Source of the DNA: Dendrobates tinctorius | Lineage: Eukaryota | NCBI RefSeq assembly: GCF_039654945.1 | Contig: NW_027361725.1 | Span: 21,948,001-22,012,000, forward strand | DNA: 64,000 nt | Reading direction: 5' to 3' | Shown here: in pieces, positions 48,736-59,823 of the stretch | Layout: every line of letters begins with the position of its first letter | Numbering within the stretch: position 1 is the stretch's first letter | Notes under the pieces: generated by a model | Seen by the model: only the letters and a program-made list of their open reading frames with translations | Told to the model about the DNA's origin: nothing | The model's database searches: none | Translations under genes and position numbers: made by a program

Positions 48736-51700
48736 GTGAGGTATTGGTCGACAATTGATAATTTGCCTTCGGACAAGATACAGACCCTTTTGGATCTGAT
48801 TGAACTCCTACAAGAGAATGAAAACCTTGGTGAGAGAAAGCATTTTTCTGGAAGACTACCTTCACAGGCTACGCCCTCCTTGTCCTTATTCCCTGCTGTG
48901 CAGATTTTCTATGACTTGGTATGTGGAGATATACAACATCTGAAGTTGTATTTTAATAAAAATAACAACATGAGCAAATCCGAATGTAACATAATACGAA
49001 AATTAAGCATGAATGTGGATGATATCATAAGGGAAGCGGACAAGGGGAGCAATGTTATTTAACCAGTTGAACAATTTATTAAGGAGGCAAAGGCTCAACT
49101 CAATGACTTGTCTTGTTACCAGATCTTACCATCTGACCCAACTTCCTGCTTCAAGACCAAACTTGACAATCTCCTGAAGTCCGCATTCGAGTGTAACATT
49201 ATAAATAAAAAAGAGAAAGATTTTTTGAAAAATCAGCATCCAAATATACCTATCTTTTATCTTTTCTCCAGGTAGGTCGATTGTCTGGGGAATTGTTGGG
49301 TTATTGGAATGACCATGCATTTAGTTAGATTCTTTTCTCCAAACATTGGTTTTGTCCCTAGGTTCTTATGTGAGAGACTTCGCCAATGTCATACAACAAC
49401 TTGATGATCTTTATATTCCCTTTAATGCAATCCTAATAAGTTTATATGTGGAATTCCTTTACACCAGAACATTCTGCACAATTTGGGCATATGGGCGGTT
49501 TCCTATTAATCTACATTCTACTGGAGATAGAAAGCACGACTCCTTCATCTTGGATCTTCTTCATTTCATCTTGGATAAAAACTATTTCATATTTGATCGG
49601 GCATACTACAGACAGGTAACTGGTACTGCGATGGGTGCACGATGTGCACCCTCATATGCAAATCTATTTCTTGGGTGGTGGGAAGTTATTGAGATTTTTC
49701 ATCTTGAGGCTTATCGCCAACATGTACTCAAGTGGAGTCGCTACAGTGACAACGTTTTGTTGTTTTGGACAGGGTCCTTTGGAGAATGTAAAACTTTTAT
49801 TGGAGAATTGAATAATAAGTCTCTCAACATTCGACTTACTGCACATTTTTCTTTCTCTATAGTTGAATTTCTGGATCTCAAATTATCCATTGAAGATTCC
49901 CACATCACCACTACCTTATATTGGAAACTGACTGCAATCAACAATCTTTTGCACTATTCCAGTTTTCATCCTCCCCATTTGAAGAATGGCATCCCCAAAG
50001 GACAATTTTGACAATGAATTTCTATTACAAGCCAAAGACCTGACTACCCGTTTCAGGAATAGAGGCTATCCAAGAAAGGTAATCTCAAAAGCATGCATAG
50101 TTGCTAAAAACAGTGATAGTGATAATTTACTACAACCACTCTGTCAGGACTAAAAAAATCTGTCATCACCTCTTATCACAATCAGTGGCAGGAGACTCGT
50201 GGAATTCTGTCCAAATATTGTGGAGTTGTGTTGAGTGAATCCAAACTGATAAACCACATTTCTCTCCAACCCAGTTTAGAGGATAGGAAGGCTAAAAATC
50301 TTAAGGATAGCCTCTGTCATAGTCATTTTAGATGACCTACCCAGAGAATAAAAAAGGGGTTACTTATTTGGGGTACCTTTCCATGCAGTGGATGCACTGT
50401 CTGTCCTCTGACTATTGGACGTGATGAGGCTCCACGGACTCATATTTGTATTTCCCAGGGAGCAATGCACCTAGGATTTCACTGATTGAGCGCCTTTGCC
50501 GGCTGCTGCAGTGTTTTCTTTGACTGGTCTCCCTGAAGTCAGTGATTGTTTCGTGATATTGGACGTGATGGGATTTCTCTCCCTATTGTTCCATTCCAGA
50601 TTCAACTGAAAACCTACTTTAACTGCAAATCGTGGAATTTGAGGTACGCCCTTGTCTGTGAATGCCCTAAGATCTATGTTGAACAAACTACCCAGGAATT
50701 AAGGAAAAGAGTTCAGTTACACGTCTCTAACATCAATATGTCAAAAAAAGACAGAAGAAGGTAAAACCTTGACATCTGTGGCCAGGCATTTTTTGAACCA
50801 ACATGACTGTCGCCTTACTGGACTCAGGATTATGGCTCTAGAATCCATTCAGACCAGCATTAGGGGTGGTAATAGCACACATGAATTATTAAGATGTGAA
50901 TTCAAATGGATTTACAATTTGCAATGTTTAACACCACAGGGTTTGAACGAGGATCTGTTGTTTACAGGATTCTACAAACAAACGTAGAGCACTTTATTTA
51001 AATTTCTCCTACATCACTATCATTTATTTTACGTTTTTCTTCTCTTCACAGGCCACACTTGTTTTATTAGATAGACCCTTACCTGGCATCACCCTTTCCA
51101 CTTGGAATACTTTATCCCCTTCATGGACTTTGTCCTCTTCATCATGGCATTTTTTTCCTTCAGTATTTATTTCTTTTTTGTCTGATATTGTGTGACTTAT
51201 TCTTGTTCCATTATGGCATATTATTTAATATGATCAGCACACTTTCCCATGGTATCATCATTTCTTTTTCACCCACTTCGTTTTGAATATTGGGATATGC
51301 AAAGTTTTGGGGTTATTCATTATTTAGCACTTATTGAATACATCTATAGGTTTATTTTTTTTTTATTTTCAAGTCTGTTTACTCCTTCTTTATACATATT
51401 TTTATATATTCCTTCAATTATTTTGTTGCCCTCACTTCGTTTTTCTTGGTGGATCATCCACTTTCAATAATCCTTTTTGAATCTGAAATAAAACACAGGT
51501 TATACGTACTATTATTTTTTTCTTTTGTTTCCTCATTTGTGCTCTTGTTTGTTGTACCCTTGAAATTTATACCTCCCTGAGCTCTATTATTCATCTAGAT
51601 ACTTACGTTGATTACTCTCTTTATATCATTAAATCTTGCAATAAAACAATATTTTTTTCTTAAATATGGGATTTTTCCTAAATATGGGATCTTGTTTTGT

Positions 51701-52608
51701 CTATTCCATTTAGTGGAAATAAATGACCTCTATTTGAGGTTCATTATATTACTATTTACATGTTTGTATTTTATCTTTCAACCATAGGAGCCTATACCAC
51801 CTCTGCACTAGCAGGCTTACATTTCCTTAGCCGATATATTCTGGCATCGCATGTTTATTAAAGTATTATTCATTGATCTGTGTTTTTTCAGACATATGCA
51901 TGCGTTGTTGCGATCTCTAGATGGACTTTAGCGCATGCACATTATTGCTCAGCAGGTTATCGACCTCAGCATTGATATGCAATTAGTTTGCGCGTGCACA
52001 TTTCCAACTGGTGTCTCTTTCCAATGGGAGTTAGTTACTATGCTGCATTTCGTACAGCATTTCTTTATCTTAGGGTCTCCATGGTTATGTTGCATTTGAT
52101 TTACTTAATTCCGTGGCGGGCAATGATGACACTCATGGTAAGCTGGACTACATTATCTGAGTGCTTCCAACCTTTGGGGTATTTAACTTTGATTTTTTTT
52201 CTTTATCCCCGGTTCTCTTAGTTGATATTTCTTGTTTGCACTATGCTATTGAGCAGGTGCTTTCGGTTTGTCACTTTTTTGATACTTGGGCATCTTTTTG
52301 GGACTACATGGTGTTTGAGTATTTGCTACTATTATGCAGTGCTCTTTGTGATCTGTAGCTTATTTGATCTTTAAAAGTGCACACTTGAGATATCAAACTT
52401 AGTCCATGAGGGTCATGTACAGGGTGTCGGCTGCACACTAGCTTGATATTTATTCTTGGAAACATCCTTTTGTTTAAATTGTTCATTTACAGTGCATCTC
52501 ACTAATACACTTTACATCATTCATTATTACATTTCATCTTTGATCATCTTTAGTGTGCTTACCATATTCTTGTCTATATTTGAATTTATATATTTATATT
52601 GTTTGTCA
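48736..52608 (+). mobile_element. Penelope-like retroelement (Neptune-type): decayed RT and GIY-YIG endonuclease plus AT-rich 3' region
   Basis: IIREADKG; NYFIFDRAYYRQVTGTAMGARCAPSYANLF; WSRYSDN; FLDLKL; CSGCTVC linker; YALVCECPKIYVEQTTQELRKR..H and KWIYNLQCLTPQGLN. Coding ends at 50987; 3' extent uncertain. Confidence 0.9.
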
Positions 52609-55600
52609 TGTAGTGCAGCGGTGTCCACACTGTGCAGTGATGAGGCATTGAACCAGGAAACGTTCAAAGCAAAAAACATGTTTAATGTCCAAACTCACAG
52701 AAAATAAACAGCCGGGAAACAAGACAGTTCACATCTGAGACTTGTTGCCATGAGTGACTGCACCGCCATGTACACTGTGGGTACCAGGCCTTTTGACTCC
52801 GCTTGCCAGTATTGCCTCACACAGGTGGAGCTCTGCAAAGCCTTCTGCTCTGCACACTTGCAAACCCAAAACTGACACTTACTTTTGTTTTGCATTGCAA
52901 TCAAAGCAATGCCTGTGACTACAATGCACTCCCGCAGCCTCAATATGCTACTGTGCGCATCCAGGGGGACACATAGCGACTCTCACATGTGACACCAGTC
53001 GTTGCCTCACATAACTCCCCTCTGTTCAAACTTATGGGGTTGAACATTTGCCACCATACAGGGGAATCGTGACAGGGCATCTGCATTTCCCTGTGACTTC
53101 CCCACCCGATGTTTGTAGGGACAGGAATCATCGGGTGACTCGAGCATTGCTCTCCTTTGCATTTCTCATCCAGACGAGGGGTGAATGGTCCGTTACTAAA
53201 CAAAACTGACGCCCAAGCAAATAGTAGCATAGGGACTCCATGGCCCACTTAATGGCCAGGCACTCCTTTCCACTACATTATAATTTTTCTCACTGGGGTG
53301 AGTTTTCTACTTAGATAGGTGACCGCATGCACCTCTCTATTCACCTCCTGCAACAGGACTGCTCCTAGGCCCACGTTACAGGCATCTGTCTGCACAATTA
53401 AAAGTTTCTAAAAGTTGGATTGATACGCTTCTGTGGTGCCCCTGAGGCTTCAGTCGCCACAGAGGTACTGCACCTCCTCCTGAGGTGTGGTGCCCCACAA
53501 TCCAGGTAAGGTGGAGACTCCTAACCACACTCCAACACCTGCACCCCCACACCACAAAGTAGTGTAGCAAAGCACCTTCAGTGACTCCCTGCTCCGAGTA
53601 TAGCAAAGCACCCATTGGTGGCTCCCTGCTTGGAACACGAAACGTGCTGGGAGGCGGGTGGAGTTAGTATATATTGAAAGAGCATGAAGTTTTAGGGGTC
53701 TTTTGGTAGTCTGAGTCGGAGAGTGAGCAGTCAGCCAGCGAGTGCAGCTGAGTGGATCCCCGGAGAGAGGGATGGATGGATGGAAGTGCTGCAGCAGATC
53801 CCAGTGACCTGGGTCTGCTGGTACAGGAGAGGAAGAGCAAGAGAGCGACAAGGACTGAAAGCCTAATTCTCCATAAGAAGGGAAGATTAGTTCGGAACGT
53901 GAGGAGAAAAGAGAACAGAGGACTTCGGTTAGAGGAGAACCCTTCCTAGAAGTTCTAAGCGCAAGGCTGGGACCCGGTCCCCGAGGTTGTATGGATACTA
54001 ATGGTCCTGCAGCAGACACCGGAGGAATAGAAGTAGTGACCACTTAATTCCCACACCAGACTTGGGGGCACAACAGCACCAGACAAGTGAGCCGGGACTT
54101 AGTAGCAAGGAGTCCCCAAAGCAGGCTACAGCTGTCTGCCGTACAAGTAGAGTTCATAGGAACATCTGACAGGAGGCACTCCAGTGTAACTCAGCACAGA
54201 GAGTACTTCATTCTTAGGCGCTATAAGAGGAGACGTTCAGAAAAGGCACATGTTGGCAGAGTGTTGGAAAGGAGTGCTCCATCGGCCCTGGAGGTTGACT
54301 GAGTCTTGGACCCGGAGGACACGGCACGGAAGCGGGCACCTGTTTGCACAACAGACTGTGAGTAAAGCTTGGAACTTCATGCCCTGGTGTCCTCCACTTA
54401 TTCCTGCACCAACACATTCAGCACGGCTACATCTCAGTACCATCCACTATCCCCTGCCTCTTAATTTACTACACTGCCCTGGGACTACAGCTCCACCTGT
54501 GGGGAGCTTCAACATCTTTGCTGCACCATACCATCAGTCCCAGAGGCTCTGCATTCAGCGTCGGCTTAACACCTCCCTTGCCGAACACCACAGGTGGCGT
54601 CACGAATCATCAATAGACTTTATTCCCCTTTTTGTCAATGGAGCCCAGGGCCACGGGTCGGGTTACAGCTGCCGTGACATATCCCATTGAGATCAACGGG
54701 CCCGGTACCGAGTACCCCATTGCCCTGGTGACTGAGGGCGCTCCACTTCCTATGCCTGGGGGTTCCACATAACCATGACAGACTTCTTTCCCTTGAGGTG
54801 ATCGATAAGGAGGGTTGTTCTTCCTGAAAAATTAGGTATAAACCTCCAGTAATACCCAACGATTCCGAGAAACTCTCTCACCTGTTTGGTGGTAACAGGT
54901 TGGGGCCAGTTCTGAATGCCCTTGATTTAATTTATTTGGGGTTTCATAACTCCACAGCCGATCATGTAATCCAAGTACCAGGCTTCCTCGAGTCCTATCA
55001 CACATTTCTTGGGATTCGCCATCAAGCCCTCGGCTCTGAGTGAATCAACTACCTCTTGTACCTGGAACAAGTGGGTATGCCAGTCAGCACTAAAGATGAT
55101 GATGTCATCTAAGTACGCTGATGCTTACTTTTGATGGGGTACCAGCACTATGTCCATCAACCTATGGAAAGTGGCAGGGGCTCCATGTAGAACAAAGGGC
55201 AAGACTATGTAGTGGAAATGACCCTTCTGTATTACAAAGACGTTTTTTTCCTTTGCCGACTCCGTAAGAGGCACCTGCCAAAAACCCTTGGTCAGATCGA
55301 GTGTGGTGAAGTACTGGGCCTGACCTAGGTGCTCAATCAGCTCGTTCACCTGGGGCATTGGGTAAAGGTCAAACTTCAACACCTCATTCAACTTACTGAA
55401 GTCATTACAGAACCATAATTATCTGTCCGGCTTTGACATTAGTGCAATGTGGCTAGCCCAGTCACTCTGGGATTCCTCAATTACTTCCAGCTGGAGCATT
55501 TGTTTTACCTCACTCGCAATGGCTTGTTCACGGGCCTCGGGCATCCGATATGGTTTCATTGGTACCTTTACATGAGGCTCAGTGACAATGTCATGCTGGA

Positions 55601-57824
55601 TGATGGAGGTACGACCCGGTAATTCCAAGAATACATCTGCATTCTCTTGGACAAATTTCCAAACCTGTCGACACTGCTGTTTCGAGAGGGTGTTTCCTAC
55701 TTTTAACTCTCTCTCTCGGCCTCGTCCTTGGCCGGTGACATAGGGTTTGCTGCTGGTACCACCGGAGTCACCTCTGCAGCCAAACATTCCCGATCCTTTC
55801 ATGCTTTCAACAGGTTGACGTGATACAGCTGTTTGGGTTTTCTTTTCCTGGGCTGTTAAATTCCATAATTTACTTCTCCCACCTTCCCCCGTATCTCATA
55901 TGGCCCTTGACACTTGGCCATGAGCATCCAGCAGTCCCCTTGGGTGCCTGCCATACAATAGCTCAAATGGGGAGGACCCCGTGGACACCTGCGGTACCTC
56001 ACAAATAACGAACATTAGATCAGGCAGTAACAAGTCCCAATCCCTCCCATCCTTGACGACCACCTTTTTAGTATGTTTTTGAGGGTCTTGTTAAATCTCT
56101 CCACCAACCCGTCAGTTTGTGGGTGGTACACCAACATAGTTAGCTGTTTAATCCGGAGCAGCTTACATAACTCCTTGGTCACCATGGACATAAAAGCAAC
56201 TACCTGATCTGTAAGGATCTCATTTGGTATCCCAAGGTGGCAAAACATGGCAAATAGCTCGCGGGCTATTAGCTTGGCCGAGGTGTGGCGGAGAGGTATC
56301 GCCTCTGGGTACCATGTTGCATAATCCACTATGACCAAAATATGCTGATGGCCATGGGCTGATTTCACTATGAGGCCTACCAGATCCATTGCTATCTGCT
56401 CAAAGGGTACCTCTGTGATGGGCAGTGATACCAATGGACTCCAGTAGTTCGCTGTTGGTGATGACAGTTGGCACTCCGGACACGTGTCACAGTATCTCTG
56501 GACCTCCGTGTAGGCCCCAGGCCAAAAAAAAAGCTGCAGTATATGCTCCTGCATCTTTTTGGCCCCAAAGTGCCCTCTTAGAACGTGGGTATGAGCCATG
56601 TTGAGCACCGCACAACGGTAGGATTGGAGCACCACCTGCTGTTCCACCACCTCATCCCAGACTTTATCTACCCAGATTAACAACTTCTGGTGGATAACCA
56701 TGCAGGGAAAAACTCTCAGCACCAGATCGCTGAGCTACTCCAGCAATTTCAATCACCCTTTCTCGTGCCTGAGCCAGTGTGGGATCCTGGAGCTAAGCTG
56801 TTCCGTATTTACCATTGGACACCTCCAGCTCGGTGGGGTCTCCTTGACCTCTCCTGCCAATACCTCTAGGGGAAGCCTATCGGGGTTATACTCTGTCCCT
56901 ATGTTGACGACCCATACGGCAGGTATCCCTGACTCGGGATCTTCGGGTTCCACGCCCAGAATAGCATTTACCTTGGAAGGGTTAACCCTGGTATCCCACA
57001 GGGATCAGAACAGGGGCAAGTCTATTCCCAACACAGTTCCATATGGTAGAGTCTTTACCACTCCCACCACATGTCTTGTTTCTCCATATGGGGTGGAAAA
57101 CATAACCTCCGCGGTTGGGTAATCTCGGATTTCCCCATGTATGCACACCAACTCCACGTTCCGACCATTGGGGTTGTCCCCGGTAATAAGGGACCCATGG
57201 ACAAGAGTCACTAAGCTCCCCGAGTCCAAGAGAGCATCCATCTGGAACCCGTTAGCAAGTACCTTGCATAGTTGGGGTTCGGTACCAGCAGTGCCTGTAT
57301 TGGCTGTGCAGACTGGCTGAGCATACATAGACACACGATGAGTATACCCGCAGTCCATGGGTTCAGCTGTCAGGGGGCAGTTGGCAGTCACATGTCTGGG
57401 GCCCTGGCACCGTCAACACTTGATAGCTGCAGCATGATTGAACCTTGGAGCCAATTTAGGGGACACGGGTCTGCTGTCACTCTCCTTGCGTGATCCCCTC
57501 AGTATGGGCTCGGTTTGGATTGGCCCCCATGGAGGGTCATGGACTTTTTCCAGACTCCTGGGCTGGCAGGGCCTTACATGACAGCCGAAGTGGAGTAGTG
57601 TCACGTATATAGTCCTGAGTGGCAGTATACCGCTCAACCAGTCCAATCACCTGGTCCAGAGTCCTCTTGCCCTACTCAATGCTGTATGGCTGCTGGCAGA
57701 GCCCTCATCAGCCGGTCTTAGGCTGTTGCCATTTTTTCACCAGCTGCAGTAAGTCATATGCCTGAGAACTGGCAGAACATGACTCCACAAAAGACCACTG
57801 GAATACTCATTGTGTGCGTACATA
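52609..57824 (-). mobile_element. Gmr1-like Gypsy retrotransposon (gag-PR-IN-RT-RH-3'LTR), 5' part cut by a Tc1 insertion
   Basis: 3' LTR at 52609-53011 preceded by PPT AGAGGGGAG; RH (VQTDAC..GLGAVL, HRVG..QGNADALS) ~53040-53430; RT ~54900-55700 (YPMPQV, TLDLTKGFWQVPL, AYLDD); IN 56015-56722; PR ALLDSGS 57005-57391. Confidence 0.92.
53432..54745. mobile_element. 1.3-kb solo LTR inserted in the Gmr1-like pol
   Basis: TGTGGTGCCC ... GGGCGCTCCA; 4-bp TSD CTTC on both sides. Confidence 0.85.
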
Positions 57825-58887
57825 CAGCTCTGGCAAAAATTAAGAGACCACTGCAAAATGTTTGAGTAAAATGTTAATTGCACTTTTATTCTATAAACTA
57901 CTGTCAACATGTCTTCGAATTTCCAAGCATTAAATTTTGTATTTATTTTCAGAAAATGAGAAATGGTCAAAATAACAAAAAAGTAGTGCTGGCAGACCTT
58001 AAATAATGCTAAGAAATCAAATTCATAATCATTTAGAAACAACAATACTAATGTTTTAACTCAAGAAGAGTTCAGAAATCAATATTTTGTGGAATAACCA
58101 TGATTTTTAATCACAGCTTTCATGCATCTTGGCATGCTTTCCAACAGTTTTTCACACTGCTTTTGGGTGACCTTATGCCACTCCTGGTACAAAAACTTAA
58201 GCAGTTCTTCTTTGTTTGATGGCTTGTGACTATTAATCTTCCTCTTGATTACATTCCAGAGGATTTCAATGGGGGTTCTAGTCTGGTGTTTGATCTGGCC
58301 ATGACAGGGATTTAATGTGATGGACCGGTCCTTCATCCACACATTGACTGACCTAGCTGTGTGGCATGGCGCATTCTCCTGCTGGTAAAAACGGTCCTCA
58401 GAGTTGGGGGAAATTCCCTGATCAGAAGGAATCAACTGTTTTTCCAGGGTAACCTTGTATGTGGCTTGACTCATACGTCCATCGCAAAGATTAACCTGCC
58501 CAATTCCTGCCTTGCTGAAGCATCCCCCAGATCATCACCAATCGTCCACCAAATTTCATAGTGGGTGCAAGACACTGTGGCTTGTATGCCTCTCCAGGTC
58601 TCCGTCTAACCATTAGAAGACCAGGTGTTGGGCAAAGCTGAAAATTAGACTCATCAGAGAAGATTACCTTACTCCAGTCCTCTATGGTCCAATCCTTATG
58701 GTCTTTGGCAAACTTCAGCCTGGCTCTCCTTTGCTTCTCATTGATGAAAGGCTTTTTTCTACCATTACATGACTTGAGCCCTGCCTCTAAGAGCCTGTTA
58801 CAAACTGTTCTTGCCATGCACTTCACCCCAGCTGCCATTTGCCATTCCATTTGTAGATCACTTGATGTCATTCTGCGGTCACTGAGT
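57825..58887 (-). mobile_element. Tc1-like transposon (3' TIR plus frameshifted transposase), interrupted by Gypsy family B
   Basis: TA|CAGCTCTGGCAAAAATTAAGAGACC TIR; RKKPFI...RLKFAKDHKDWT..WSKVIFSDESNF; FYQQENAPCHTA; PIEILWNVIKR. Confidence 0.93.
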
Positions 58888-59812
58888 TGTTGTGAATTTG
58901 CTTTCTGGCCTCCCTCTGGTTATTACTGAAGGTAGTGGAGTTGGTCTGATTGACAGAGGGGTTGCGAGTTCTCTTTCTGGGCTCCCTCTGGTGGTTACTG
59001 GAGGTAATGGAGCTGATCTGATTGACAGAGGCTTGCCACCTGATAATGAGGATGACAATTGGAGATCTGGGGTTTCAGATTGGGATTTAAGACAGCCGAC
59101 TCCCTCTATCCCTGCTGGTGATTTTCTCCCTTTTCCACCTGAGGTCTGATGTCTCCAGCTCTGTCCCTGCATGTTCAGCTAAGTGGACCATTTGCTATTC
59201 TGTTTGCATTTGATCTGGTTTTGTCTATCTCAGTTTTGTGCTGGTCAGCCAGCTCCGGCTGGGGCTGTGCTGAATCACCGCCCATATGTTACTGCTTGTG
59301 CCAGTTTGTTTTGTCCCTTGTTAGATTGGTCTCCTTTTGCTCTGCTTTCAGAATATACCAGAGTGCTGATATAGTAGGGGGCGAAGTCGTGCGACTTCAG
59401 TGTTTTTGTGCATCAGACGTGTTGGACTTTTTGCAGGGTTTTTTGCATGATTGCAGACAGTGTCTTTCCTTTCCTGTTCTGTCTAGTCAGTGTGGGCCCC
59501 ATCATTTGCTCAGTCTATTTTCCTGCCTGCATTTGTGTTTTCATCTTGTCTCACTGACAATATACTGTATGTTTGGGGGCTATCTATTCCTTTTGGGGTC
59601 TGCTCTGGGGCAGTTTAGTTTCTTGCTTTAGGCTCAGTTAGCTCTCCGGCTGTGATGAGGCGTCTAGCTAGGATCATCGTAGGTACGCTCCAGGGCTACT
59701 GCTAGTTGTGTGGATAGGATCAGGGGTCTGCAATCTGCTTAATGACCAACCTCTCTGGTTTTCTGTGGCTTAGCCTGGGCCTGCTCTCCTCCTCGGTGAC
59801 CCAATCATAAAA

Positions 59813-59823
59813 GAATCACCAGC
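59813..59823 (+). promoter_or_regulatory. Self-priming PBS of family B
   Basis: AATCACCAGC is perfectly complementary to GCTGGTGATT (59114-23), 29 bp after an ATTTAA TATA-like box. Confidence 0.8.

Noticed and set aside
52634-52665. GTGATGAG...GAAAC hammerhead-like string
   Set aside because: No convincing stem II or III pairing and the core C is missing; lies inside an LTR.
53450-54690. 197- and 146-aa ORFs as an env-like extra gene of the Gmr1 element
   Set aside because: The region is a separate TG...CA insert with its own CTTC TSD that splits pol; no envelope features.
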